DNA from: SAR202 cluster bacterium
GTDB taxonomy: Bacteria; Chloroflexota; Dehalococcoidia; Lucifugimonadales; UBA3495
NCBI GenBank assembly: GCA_013204585.1
Contig: JABMNL010000023.1
Span: 19,747-83,746 of the forward strand
Reading direction: 5' to 3'
DNA: 64,000 bases
Within the stretch, counting starts at the first letter, position 1, and every line of letters starts with the position of its first letter. The notes below the pieces were generated by a model. It saw nothing but the letters and a program-made list of their open reading frames with translations, was not told the DNA's origin and did no database searches. The translations under genes were made by a program, and so were the position numbers. Below, piece after piece: positions 8,066 to 17,034 of this stretch.

Positions 8066-9400
8066 ATGATGGCCTACTCAGTGGGCCAATCCGCAGGTTC
8101 GTTGCGATTTGTTGCCGAGGAAAGGGGCAGCAAGATACCGGAACGGCTGCTGGGCAAACTCTGGAAGGAAAAAGCCGCCCGGCAGACGGGCCTGCGTACC
8201 GAGGCGGGAAAGCGAGTGCGAGTGGTCTACCCGGGACGTTCGGGCGCTGCCGCTGGCCCCGACTTTCGGGACGCGTTGCTGGAAGTGGAAGGAGTGGGGC
8301 TGGTCCGCGGTGACGTGGAATTGCACATCAGGCAAAAGGACTGGGATTCCCATGGGCACGGCAGCGACCCCAACTACAACGGGGTGGTGCTCCACGGCGC
8401 GCTGGAAGTGGACTCGGAGCAGACCCGCCTGCATAGCGGCGTTCAGGCACCGTTGGTCGACTTGAGCGTGCTGCTGGAAAAAGAGTCAGACGATGAACTA
8501 GCTCCTAATCGGGGGCAACTAGACCTCTGGGATATATTGGCTCGCAAGGGGTTTGCCAGGCCGGGTTCGTTGGATGAGGCGGCGGAGACCTTGGGACGGG
8601 CTGGTGATGCGCGGTTCCTGATTAAGTCCAATTGGCTTGTGGAATGTATCCGGGACCAAGGGCCGGAGCAGGCGTTGTACCAGGCCCTAATGGAAGGGCT
8701 GGGGTACAGCAGCAATCGGCGGCAATTTATCGAATTGGCGTGCCGAGCGCCGTACCAAACGATTGTTAAAGCCGCGGGAGAGCTTCCGCAAGAAGACCGG
8801 TTCGATGCAATCTGTGGTTGGCTAGGGAGTTGCTCTGGGTTGGTCGAGCCGGATTTGCCGCGACCAAAGGGCATTGGCCCGGCCATGAACACCGGCGAAT
8901 GGCGGTTGTTTCGGGTGCGGCCCGCTAACCACCCCAGGCGGCGAGTTATGGGTGCGGCGTTAATCTTGGACCGCTTTTTGGAGCGGGGTTTGGCGTTGGG
9001 GCTGGCGGAGGTGGTCGGGGGCTCAAATCCAGCCAAGCTAATAAAAGCGCTGTGTGCCGTTAGCACGGACGGCTCGGTGCTGATTGGGCCAGGGCGGGCG
9101 CTTATCGGGCTAGGGCGGGCGCTGATTGGGCCAGGGCGGGCGAAAGATTTGGCGGTGAACGCAGTTCTGCCTTTCATGTATGGCTGGGGCGAAATCAGCG
9201 GCCAAGGTTCGGGGCCAGCCCTGGGATTATCAGATGCTGCCCTAGCCGTCTTTCAACGGTTTCCGTTGCTCACGGACAACGAACTAACCCGAGAGATGAA
9301 AGAGCAACTGCTACCCGCGGAATGGCGCGGGGTTGTCACCAACGCCCGCCGTCAGCAGGGCCTTTTGCACTTATCGGCCCTGCTGAAAGGGGCTTATTAA
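8066..9400 (+). CDS. DUF2851-like protein of unknown function
   Basis: Long ORF whose segment VELHIRQKDWDSHGHGSDPNYNGVVLHGAL resembles, from memory, the DUF2851 signature. Start placed at ATG 8066 after GGTGGAG; the ORF-track start 8006 is a non-ATG extension. Confidence 0.5.
   Translation: MMAYSVGQSAGSLRFVAEERGSKIPERLLGKLWKEKAARQTGLRTEAGKRVRVVYPGRSGAAAGPDFRDALLEVEGVGLVRGDVELHIRQKDWDSHGHGSDPNYNGVVLHGALEVDSEQTRLHSGVQAPLVDLSVLLEKESDDELAPNRGQLDLWDILARKGFARPGSLDEAAETLGRAGDARFLIKSNWLVECIRDQGPEQALYQALMEGLGYSSNRRQFIELACRAPYQTIVKAAGELPQEDRFDAICGWLGSCSGLVEPDLPRPKGIGPAMNTGEWRLFRVRPANHPRRRVMGAALILDRFLERGLALGLAEVVGGSNPAKLIKALCAVSTDGSVLIGPGRALIGLGRALIGPGRAKDLAVNAVLPFMYGWGEISGQGSGPALGLSDAALAVFQRFPLLTDNELTREMKEQLLPAEWRGVVTNARRQQGLLHLSALLKGAY
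9080..9142 (+). repeat. in-frame 21-bp tandem repeat x3 inside the DUF2851-like gene
   Basis: ctgattgggccagggcgggcg / cttatcgggctagggcgggcg / ctgattgggccagggcgggcg, encoding LIGPGRA-LIGLGRA-LIGPGRA. Confidence 0.95.
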
Positions 9401-9401
9401 T

Positions 9402-9746
9402 CTAGCTGGGTTCGGACATGGGGACGGCCAGGGAAGCACGGGGCGTGTCGCCCAGGCTGCGGGCAATATGGCCGTGGCCGGTCAAGTCCTCGGCGACCAG
9501 GATGTCTCCCGGCTCCATCTGACACTTGGTGCCATCTGCACATTCGAATTCCGCCGTGCCCGACAGGTTGACCACATACTGACGCCTGGGGGCGTTGTGG
9601 TAGTCGGAGAAGGACGGAGACGGGCGCAAGCCGAGGCTGATGCCGCCGCTGCCAACCCGATTAACAATCGTGGCCATTTCTTCTGGGGAGACGTCCTCAA
9701 AGTGGGACTCGCCGTCTTCTCCGGCAAATACTCGAACAATCTTCAT
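9402..9746 (-). CDS. small cupin-like protein, paralog 1 (type I)
   Basis: 114 aa: MKIVRVFAGEDGESHFEDV ... DYHNAPRRQYV ... PGDILVAEDLTGHGH. It shares this signature with the next three genes. Confidence 0.7.
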   Translation of the reverse strand: MKIVRVFAGEDGESHFEDVSPEEMATIVNRVGSGGISLGLRPSPSFSDYHNAPRRQYVVNLSGTAEFECADGTKCQMEPGDILVAEDLTGHGHIARSLGDTPRASLAVPMSEPS

Positions 9747-9819
9747 GGTTTATTCCTTATCTAGATCTAGCGGTTGATTTTGTAATGGGCTGTCTGGCGG
9801 GTACGCGAAGCTAGGACTG

Positions 9820-10161
9820 CTATGCCTCAGCTAAGGGCACGGCCAAGATATAACGCATGCCTTCTCCGAGGCCACGGGCAATGTGACCATGGCCGCTCAA
9901 GTCTTCTGCAACCAAGACGTCTCCGGGCACGAATTGGCGTTTGCTTCCGTCGGCGGTTTCGTACTCGGCGGTACCGAGCAGGTGCAACACGTACTGACGC
10001 CGGGGGGCGGTGTGGTAATCCAAGAAAGATGGGGCTTCGCGGGCGTTCAGTTGAATATCGCCCTTGCCCAAACGCTTGGCGATGGTCACCATTTCTTCCT
10101 GGGAGACATCTTCAAAGTGAGACTCGCCATCGTCTCCGGCAAATACTCGAACAATCTTCAT
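9820..10161 (-). CDS. small cupin-like protein, paralog 2 (type I)
   Basis: Start moved to ATG 10161 (GGAG RBS 9 nt upstream), giving MKIVRVFAGDDGESHFEDV. Roughly two thirds of positions are identical to paralog 1 by eye. Confidence 0.7.
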   Translation of the reverse strand: MKIVRVFAGDDGESHFEDVSQEEMVTIAKRLGKGDIQLNAREAPSFLDYHTAPRRQYVLHLLGTAEYETADGSKRQFVPGDVLVAEDLSGHGHIARGLGEGMRYILAVPLAEA

Positions 10162-10269
10162 ATTAGGACTCTCCATTAAATCTGGTTAAGAATCCGCGCC
10201 CAGTAATTCGCGCTTAGTAATTAGGGTAATTGACTCAAGGCGCCGCAGGCACGAAACGCGGTTGCACCG

Positions 10270-10608
10270 CTAGTCGGCTAGGGGGACGGTGCAGGTTACG
10301 CAGTTTACCGTGCCGGGGGTCTTGGTCGTGTGGCCCTGGCCGGTGGTGTCCTCGACTAGCCGAGCATCGCCGGGGCCGAACAGATGGGTGGAGCCATCGC
10401 CCAGTCCAATCTCAATCTGACCTGAAAGACAGATTACGTACTGACGGCGCGGGGCCGGATGCCAGTCGATGAAGCGGCCAGCTTCGTGCTCGCGGAAAGA
10501 GATGTTGGTGGTATTCACGGCGTTGACCAACTCGGGGTGGGTGGCCAGGCTGGTTTCCTCGACATGGGTCTGGCCGTCATCGCCGGTGTACATTCTATAG
10601 ATTCCCAT
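10270..10608 (-). CDS. small cupin-like protein, paralog 3 (type II)
   Basis: 112 aa: MGIYRMYTGDDGQTHVEE ... DWHPAPRRQYV ... PGDARLVEDTTGQGH. Confidence 0.7.
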   Translation of the reverse strand: MGIYRMYTGDDGQTHVEETSLATHPELVNAVNTTNISFREHEAGRFIDWHPAPRRQYVICLSGQIEIGLGDGSTHLFGPGDARLVEDTTGQGHTTKTPGTVNCVTCTVPLAD

Positions 10609-10703
10609 TTTGTTGCTCCTTATCGCAGGTGGGTTTCAGTTGGGTTTATTGATTACGGGGTTATTAGCTAGGCGGTATGGTCGCGCTGGTGGCGGATTAG
10701 TTG

Positions 10704-11039
10704 CTACGCCAGGGGTATGACCGCGCTAATACTTGGCTCGCTGCCGGGCACCAGGGTCGTGTGGCCCTTGCCGGTGGTGTCTTCCACCAGGCGGACATCT
10801 CCCGGCCCGAAGCGGTGTTTCGTGCCGTCTTCCAGGCCAATCTCGATGAAGCCTGAGAGGGAAATGATGTATTGCCGTTTGGGCGCGGGGTGCCAGTCGA
10901 TGTAGTGCCCGGCAGCCCACTCTCGGAAGGTGATGTCCTGGGTGGCCTTGGGTGAGGTTAATTCTGGGTTGGTAATAATATCCATTTCATCGATATGGCT
11001 CTTGCCATCGTCGCCGGTGTACATTCGGTAGATGCCCAT
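10704..11039 (-). CDS. small cupin-like protein, paralog 4 (type II)
   Basis: Start moved to ATG 11039 (GGAG RBS), giving MGIYRMYTGDDGKSHIDE. Roughly two thirds identical to paralog 3. The 40-aa N-terminal extension in the ORF track has no counterpart in the paralogs. Confidence 0.7.
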   Translation of the reverse strand: MGIYRMYTGDDGKSHIDEMDIITNPELTSPKATQDITFREWAAGHYIDWHPAPKRQYIISLSGFIEIGLEDGTKHRFGPGDVRLVEDTTGKGHTTLVPGSEPSISAVIPLA

Positions 11040-11189
11040 AAGACTGTCTCCAGGCCAGGGGGAATCGCCGCGTTCCGGATGGTAATAACCGGGCTGCTGC
11101 TGGGCGGCGTCGGGACACACTTTAATACCTGACGAGGGTTTGGGCAACATGTTCAACATGTTTCGGAGGTGAGGCCGCCGTCAGCAGGG

Positions 11190-12077
11190 CTATTGTGTTG
11201 AAGCTTCACGGAATACCGTCGCGAATACCGGGGCGTAGAGCCATCCCTCCAGTTGGGCTGTCGCCAGTTCGTTCTCGCTCGGCCCTGGAGTTCCACCGCG
11301 TTTGGTGGCGTCGCCGGGACCGTTTTGAGGCAGTCGGAACAGAGTAGGGTCTTTGACCCAGAGGCAGGCAGCCACGGCGGCCACTACGGAATCCAGGCAG
11401 TCGTCGCTGCCGATGCATTGGTCGTCGAACTGGCCCAGGTTGGTTACTGTGATGCTGGAACTGGTCGCGAGGCCGTCTAGAATCTTTCGCCGTAGTTCAA
11501 TTGCATGTTGTCCCTTCTTGTAACCCTTGAAGGGAAGGTTGAAGGCCCGTAGCGCCGCTCCCGGCATGGATTCCAACAATAATGGGCCGGTATGACCCTG
11601 GTCTGGCAAGGGCGGCACTCTGCATCCCGCCCGCCAAAGTCCGTCCAGCATCTGCATTCCCCTAAAGGTCATGGGCACCATGTTGGGGTTGGTTTTATGG
11701 AGACACGAGTAGCACTCGGGGAAGTAGCAGTCGCCTCGGCGCAGGAGTTCGCCGTGCTTGGCCACAAACCTGTCCCGCAGCGCCATGAAATCTTCGAATT
11801 CCATGGCGGCGGCCAACTGCCATAAATCTGGCATGGCAGCAGCACCGGGCAGCCATTGGTCGGCAAATCTCTGGGGCACTGAGAAAGGAAAGTCCAAGGC
11901 CGCCACCGCGGTTCCCGGCACTGAGCCGAGGAGTTCGGCTAATCTGGCCCGGGGCAGGGGCTGGCAAGATTCAAGAACGAGGACGTTATTCTCTAATTTA
12001 CCCTGGGCCACCCAGGTGTTCTTGTCGTGCTTGGCCCCGCTGAAATCCACGCCTAGGATGGGTGTTTCCAAGCCCAT
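11190..12077 (-). CDS. hypothetical protein, possibly DUF429 / RNase H-like fold
   Basis: N-terminal ILGVDFSGAKHDKNTW and C-terminal DDCLDSVVAAVAA resemble the DUF429 pattern as I remember it. This is a weak by-eye call. Confidence 0.4.
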   Translation of the reverse strand: MGLETPILGVDFSGAKHDKNTWVAQGKLENNVLVLESCQPLPRARLAELLGSVPGTAVAALDFPFSVPQRFADQWLPGAAAMPDLWQLAAAMEFEDFMALRDRFVAKHGELLRRGDCYFPECYSCLHKTNPNMVPMTFRGMQMLDGLWRAGCRVPPLPDQGHTGPLLLESMPGAALRAFNLPFKGYKKGQHAIELRRKILDGLATSSSITVTNLGQFDDQCIGSDDCLDSVVAAVAACLWVKDPTLFRLPQNGPGDATKRGGTPGPSENELATAQLEGWLYAPVFATVFREASTQ

Positions 12078-12210
12078 GGGGTCTCCAACCTGGTTGTGTT
12101 AGAATTGCTCGGCATTTCCGCCCCTCTAATCCGTGCCTAATTGAGACGGGCCTTGCCATATTCAAGGCATGACTGGGGACGGCAAAATTCTGGAATTAAA
12201 AGGGTGATTT

Positions 12211-13071
12211 ATGGACTTTACCACTAGAAGAGAAAGATATCGGGGCGTTCTGGCCGGCGACAAGTGCGTTTATCCCGGATCGGTATTCGACCCCATATCG
12301 GCGCGCATCGCCGAAGACCTGGGCTTCGAAGTAGGCATGTTCGCCGGTTCGATAGCTTCTGGCACGGTGCTGGGCGCTCCGGACTTAATTGTGCTGACCC
12401 TGACCGAATTTGCCCAACAGATTCACCGTATCTGCCGCGCTGGCGACCTGAGCCTGATGGTTGACGCCGACCACGGCTATGGCAACGCCTTGAACGTAAT
12501 GCGGACTGTCGAAGAACTCGAGACTGCCGGAGTGGCGGCGCTAACCATTGAGGACACAGTTTTGCCTCGGACGTTCGGCGGTGGCAAAGACGCCGTGTTG
12601 CCCATCGACGAAGGCGTGGGCAAGATGAAGGCCGCATTGGCTGCCCGGCGAGACCCCAACATGGTGGTGGCCGGGCGCACCAGTTCTCTACGAATTACCG
12701 ATTTAGCCGACACCATCAAGCGAGTGAAGGCTTATGAGAAGGCTGGCGTCGACGCCGTATTCCTGGCTGGGGCTACCACTAAAGCCGAGGTTGAGGCTGT
12801 GAGCGCGGAGATGAATATCCCGCTGCTCTTGGGCGGCACCACCGGCGAACTGGCCGACAAGGACTATTTGGGTTCGGTTGGTGTTCGCGTGGCGCTACAA
12901 GGGCACCTGCCGTTCGCGGCTGCCATCAAGGCGACCTACGACACACTGAAGGCCCTGCGCGACGGAGTGGCCCCGGCTGACCTGCGTCCCAATCTGGCGA
13001 CGACCGAACAGATTGACCAGTTCACTCGTAAGGCCGACTACGCCAAGTGGACAACCGACTTTCTCAGTTAA
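12211..13071 (+). CDS. isocitrate lyase/PEP mutase superfamily enzyme (oxaloacetate decarboxylase / methylisocitrate lyase-like)
   Basis: DPISARIAEDLGF, MVDADHGYGNALNVMRTVEELETAGVAALTIEDT, and a length of about 286 aa. Confidence 0.8.
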   Translation: MDFTTRRERYRGVLAGDKCVYPGSVFDPISARIAEDLGFEVGMFAGSIASGTVLGAPDLIVLTLTEFAQQIHRICRAGDLSLMVDADHGYGNALNVMRTVEELETAGVAALTIEDTVLPRTFGGGKDAVLPIDEGVGKMKAALAARRDPNMVVAGRTSSLRITDLADTIKRVKAYEKAGVDAVFLAGATTKAEVEAVSAEMNIPLLLGGTTGELADKDYLGSVGVRVALQGHLPFAAAIKATYDTLKALRDGVAPADLRPNLATTEQIDQFTRKADYAKWTTDFLS

Positions 13072-13077
13072 ATAATT

Positions 13078-13109
13078 AGGCCGCCGTCCATTGATTTGGA
13101 CGGCGGCCT
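13078..13109. terminator. hairpin between convergent genes
   Basis: 12-bp perfect stem aggccgccgtcc / ggacggcggcct. It has no clean T-run on the plus strand and AT-rich flanks. Confidence 0.55.
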
Positions 13110-13151
13110 AAGCTTCTTGCTTGGTCAGGGTTAAGAGAGGGCTACAAGGCG

Positions 13152-14645
13152 TTAAGGGTTAGCGGTTTTTGCTATCAGGCGTTCGGCGTTCTTGTAGGCC
13201 AGGTCGTCTTGGATAGTCGAGTCGAACCTGCCGATGAAAGCTCGTCCGAACTCGACCAATATCTGTCCGACTTCTTCGTCGTAGCCCCAGACGATATCTC
13301 CCCGGTCAGTGCCCCACATGAACCGGTCGGGGTGGGCCTCAATCATGGGCTTGTACAGTGCGACCGCTTCGTCTAACAACCGGTCCCACTCACTCCTCAT
13401 ATCTGCTAAAAAGGTCGCCTTTTCACCGAACCTAAACGTGTCTATTAGATCCCCGAAAATATCGTTGTACGTGAAATACACGTTGGGGTTCCGGTCCATG
13501 ATGTCCTGGATGTAGGGCCGAACAAAATCCCCGTGAACGATGAACGTCACATTGGAAAATTGCTGTAGCGCTCTTTCCATGTTGTCTTGGTGTCCCGTTC
13601 CGGTGTGGAAATAGACCAACAAATTTCCGCGGTTGCTAACTACTTCGAAGTCCCCCGTGTAAATTTCTGAGTCAGGGGCTGGGTTTATGGACTCGGTCGG
13701 TGAATCGCCGACCTCACCAAAGCCCTTGAACAGTCCCGGTCGGACATCGAGCATGGTGTCCAATATCACGCCCTCAAGGGTCGCCATGCCACTGCGGGAA
13801 GCCTGAATGAATGGAACGAATAGGTCTGGATACTTTTCGACGGCCTTGTAGGCAACTTCGATTGCGGGAGACGTAATTTCCGGGAAGGTGGGAAAGAACG
13901 AGAAGGCTTTGACACTACCTTCATTCTGCAAGGTGCATGCTATCCGGTCGATATTCATCGTCTTGCCGAGCACGGGGCGCTGCTTGGCGGCAATACTATC
14001 GTATTGATCCGATTCCGCCCCCCTCGGCGCAACGTAACCGGTGTTGTCTGGCCCGATTCCATCGTCGGAGATTTGGGGAATATGCAGGTGAGAGTCGATG
14101 ATGGGACCTTGGTAATAAGAGGCAGGGAAATTAGTTACGGGCTTGTCCCCGCAAGTGGACGGGGTGAATGCAGCGTCGATTCGCTTCGGCCATTCGGCAT
14201 TCCACGCTGCTATCTCTCGTGTGTCTGACAGACAAGAATTGATGGTTGACCGCTCCTGATTGCTTGGTGCGCGGCTGTCTAGCTCAATCAGAATTTGCAG
14301 ACCGACTTTATCCGCTAGGCACCACATCGCCCCTGGTGACTCAAGGGCTTGGGTCAATATCGTTTTGGGCGTTGCTGTTGGCGCAGCAGTAGGGGTTGCA
14401 GCAGGTGCGGAAGTGGGTGTCGGAGAACTGACTGCGCTTGAACCGGATTGGCCATCTGCGACAGGGGCTTCTGGCGTGTTGTTAGTAGTGGTGTTGGAAG
14501 TGGCTGTGGGCACCGCAGTCCCGGTGTCGGTTGAACCCGACTGAGCGCCATTGCTCACAACTTCTGGATTTGAAGTTCCTCCGCAGGCCACCAGCAGTAG
14601 GGTGATTAGGGACAAAATAGAAAATAGTACTCTGTGATTAATCAT
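13152..14645 (-). CDS. lipoprotein with amidohydrolase-type (TIM-barrel metal hydrolase) domain
   Basis: Lipobox LLVACGG and a long Thr/Ala/Pro/Ser-rich linker. Also IIDSHLHIP (an HxH metal motif context) and FMWGTDRGD near the C-terminus. It looks less GC-rich than its neighbours by eye. Confidence 0.55.
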   Translation of the reverse strand: MINHRVLFSILSLITLLLVACGGTSNPEVVSNGAQSGSTDTGTAVPTATSNTTTNNTPEAPVADGQSGSSAVSSPTPTSAPAATPTAAPTATPKTILTQALESPGAMWCLADKVGLQILIELDSRAPSNQERSTINSCLSDTREIAAWNAEWPKRIDAAFTPSTCGDKPVTNFPASYYQGPIIDSHLHIPQISDDGIGPDNTGYVAPRGAESDQYDSIAAKQRPVLGKTMNIDRIACTLQNEGSVKAFSFFPTFPEITSPAIEVAYKAVEKYPDLFVPFIQASRSGMATLEGVILDTMLDVRPGLFKGFGEVGDSPTESINPAPDSEIYTGDFEVVSNRGNLLVYFHTGTGHQDNMERALQQFSNVTFIVHGDFVRPYIQDIMDRNPNVYFTYNDIFGDLIDTFRFGEKATFLADMRSEWDRLLDEAVALYKPMIEAHPDRFMWGTDRGDIVWGYDEEVGQILVEFGRAFIGRFDSTIQDDLAYKNAERLIAKTANP

Positions 14646-14866
14646 ATTTCGAGCTTATGATAGGCTCAAATTACGGTCAAACCTCTGTGGGACATCAGCC
14701 GACGAGTTTTACGCTTCCCCCAACTCTGATTAACCGGATGAATGGCCTTCGAAATGGGTGGTAATTGCCTTAACGAGAATCTGCCTACAAATTGGTTAGG
14801 TTTGTCTTTGCGGGCCAATCCTCGGAAGATGGAGTACAGGGAAATACACTTGGTAAGGCCTAGCTA

Positions 14867-15292
14867 TTGAAAAAATCGCCAGTACTGTTTCTTGGCGTGG
14901 CGTTTCTGCTTATCCTCCTCGGTTGCACCACTCCCGATTTTTCGACCATCAATGACCCAATCATGACGCCCGATCAGATGCAGACTGAATTACTGCGGCT
15001 GAACGAGATTAATCTGACTGTCGGCAATGGGAAATTCGATCCCAACGAATATCCAATATCCGTTGGGATCGATCTTAGAAATGGGAAGGTTTTAGTCGAG
15101 AAATTTATCTGTTGGGACATTTGCCCAGAAGTGGGCGCGGTGTTCCTGCTGTATATGGGCGTGGGTACGGAACTAGAATGTGACGCCGCCTTGGGAGTGC
15201 CGCTGTACTCGCGGGAGCCGATTCCTGGACGTTTTTGGGGTTGTCGTCCAGTTATAAATTGGCTTAATTTGCCGCCAAGGCTTACCGGATAG
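14867..15292 (+). CDS. small hypothetical lipoprotein
   Basis: TTG start, signal peptide with lipobox LLILLGCTTP, and no recognisable domain. Confidence 0.45.
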   Translation: MKKSPVLFLGVAFLLILLGCTTPDFSTINDPIMTPDQMQTELLRLNEINLTVGNGKFDPNEYPISVGIDLRNGKVLVEKFICWDICPEVGAVFLLYMGVGTELECDAALGVPLYSREPIPGRFWGCRPVINWLNLPPRLTG

Positions 15293-15443
15293 GCGTCGGT
15301 CGCTCATCCAAGTTCTACGCCTGGGTTCGACAGCTTCACCGTGAGGGATTTGTGGGGTAAACTATGGCCTCAGACTGGCTGACGCTTTCTCTTTGTCAGC
15401 TTCAGAGTCGGTCTTAAACTAAGTTTACTTCAGGAGTACCGCC

Positions 15444-15836
15444 GTGAAGATTGTCTACAACCACCTTCATTTCCGCAGCGCAGACCCAGACGCAGCCGCC
15501 AAGTGGTATTGCGATAATTTTGGCGCCAAGATTACTTCGGAACGACCCCTATCCACCACCAAGTCCATCATGCTTGAGTTGAACGGCGACCACTTGATGA
15601 CCATTTCCGGCCGGGCTGAAGGCGAAAACCCAGTCGCTGGCTCCACTGAGCCACGCTACGGGCTGGACCACTTTGGGTTCGAGACCGATGACCTGGAGCA
15701 GTTGGCCGCCGGCTTGAAGGCCAACAACGTCAAGTTCAACTGTGAGCCTTGGACCATGCCTTCGGGTTCGATGGTTGCGTTCGTGGTTGCCCCCGACGAA
15801 GTGTCGGTGGAACTAATCCAGCGCCCCACCGCTTAA
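15444..15836 (+). CDS. VOC (glyoxalase/bleomycin-resistance/dioxygenase) family protein
   Basis: GTG start. NHLHFRSADPDAAAKWYCDNFGA and GLDHFGFETDDLEQ are typical of the VOC beta-alpha-beta-beta-beta module. Confidence 0.7.
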   Translation: MKIVYNHLHFRSADPDAAAKWYCDNFGAKITSERPLSTTKSIMLELNGDHLMTISGRAEGENPVAGSTEPRYGLDHFGFETDDLEQLAAGLKANNVKFNCEPWTMPSGSMVAFVVAPDEVSVELIQRPTA

Positions 15837-15856
15837 TTAGCTTAACTCCACGATTC

Positions 15857-15890
15857 GCCTAGTCCGGCGTGATGCCTAGTCCGGCGTGAT
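15857..15890. repeat. 17-bp tandem duplication spanning the stop codon of the PIG-L gene
   Basis: gcctagtccggcgtgat x2, followed by gcc. The functional stop (complement of 15876-15878) lies in the second copy and a silent copy lies downstream. Confidence 0.95.
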
Positions 15891-16736
15891 GCCATCGAAG
15901 AAGTCTTCGGGGACTGTTTCACCGGGGGCAACTTCCGGCAGGGGTCGAATGTAGTATTCCCGGCCTAGTACCCACTCGGCCACAGCCCTTGGCACCCGGT
16001 GATAAGGCCAGTCTGGGGCCACCTGAGTTCGGTGACACAAGATGCAGGCCATCTTGGTTTCCATATGAGCCGATAGGTCGAGTTCTAGGTGAATCTCCTC
16101 TGGCGGAGTGCTGTGGACCAGTTGTTCTGGCCCAGGCAGGGGGAAATCTATACCAGCCGCCCGCAGCCGATTGGCCCATTCCAGCCGAAATCCCTTGGGT
16201 CGCGCGCTGTAGAAAAGCCGCTGTGGCGTATGGGGTTTCAACCCTTCCGCCAATTGGGCTGGGAAGGCTGCCGGGTCCGAGGCCAATTTGAAAGCCTGGG
16301 TGGTGTGCTTGGAGATGGCGATGTGGTCCGGATGGCCGTACAGCCCGCCGGGCTCGAAGGTTAGCAATACCTGAGGCCGGAACTCCCTAATCTCCCGTAC
16401 CAGCCGCTCCAACACCTCGTCGTCCGGGGCATTGATGTAGGCCCGTGGATTTTTGTTAGCTTCCCAACCGGCCATGCCCGAGTCTCGGTACTCCAGCAGA
16501 GCGTTGCTCTCCAGTCTCAACGCACGTACCGCGCAGCCAAGCTCGGTGCGCCGAACCTCTCCCAACGTTTCTTTGGTCGCGGCGCCTTCTTGCCGGATAT
16601 CACCCTCTTCCCCCAGTGTGGTGGTTACCAGTCTTACCCGCCGCCCTGCGGCCACATGGTAGGCCAGCACTCCCCCAACGGGGAAGGCTTCGTCGTCTGG
16701 GTGGGCAAAGCAGGCTAAAAGGCGAAGTCCAGGCAT
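15876..16736 (-). CDS. PIG-L/LmbE-family N-acetylglucosaminyl deacetylase
   Basis: LLACFAHPDDEAFPVGG and YGHPDHIAISK motifs. Start moved to ATG 16736 (AAAGGA RBS); the ORF-track start 16811 adds 25 aa with no counterpart in the family. Confidence 0.8.
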   Translation of the reverse strand: MPGLRLLACFAHPDDEAFPVGGVLAYHVAAGRRVRLVTTTLGEEGDIRQEGAATKETLGEVRRTELGCAVRALRLESNALLEYRDSGMAGWEANKNPRAYINAPDDEVLERLVREIREFRPQVLLTFEPGGLYGHPDHIAISKHTTQAFKLASDPAAFPAQLAEGLKPHTPQRLFYSARPKGFRLEWANRLRAAGIDFPLPGPEQLVHSTPPEEIHLELDLSAHMETKMACILCHRTQVAPDWPYHRVPRAVAEWVLGREYYIRPLPEVAPGETVPEDFFDGITPD

Positions 16737-17034
16737 TGGTATATTCCTTTCTGCAATCTGGATTGCGATATTTTGGGAGCGTCGAGTTAGGCGAAAGTGT
16801 ACGTTTGGCACCTGGCCCAGTCAATAATTTAGCTGGGCAAATAGGCCGGTAGGGAAACGGATTCCGCCGCCTGGCCGCTAGGCGTCCACGTTTGACAGCC
16901 CCAGGGGTGCCATCTACAATCCGCCTCGAACAGAATGGGTTTTCTGACGTAGGAATAGACCCAACACTTAACAAGAAATACCAGGGCCGTGCTGGCATCG
17001 TGTTAGCCTGGCTCACCAGACCACAGGAGGAACC

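Noticed and set aside
8443-9177. 244-aa minus-strand ORF
   Set aside because: It is antisense to the DUF2851-like gene and has a low-complexity Ser/Pro/Ala/Arg composition.
13152-15292. Possible horizontally acquired island (two lipoprotein genes that look less GC-rich than their neighbours)
   Set aside because: This is only a visual impression of composition. There are no flanking repeats, tRNA or integrase, and I could not compute GC or codon statistics.
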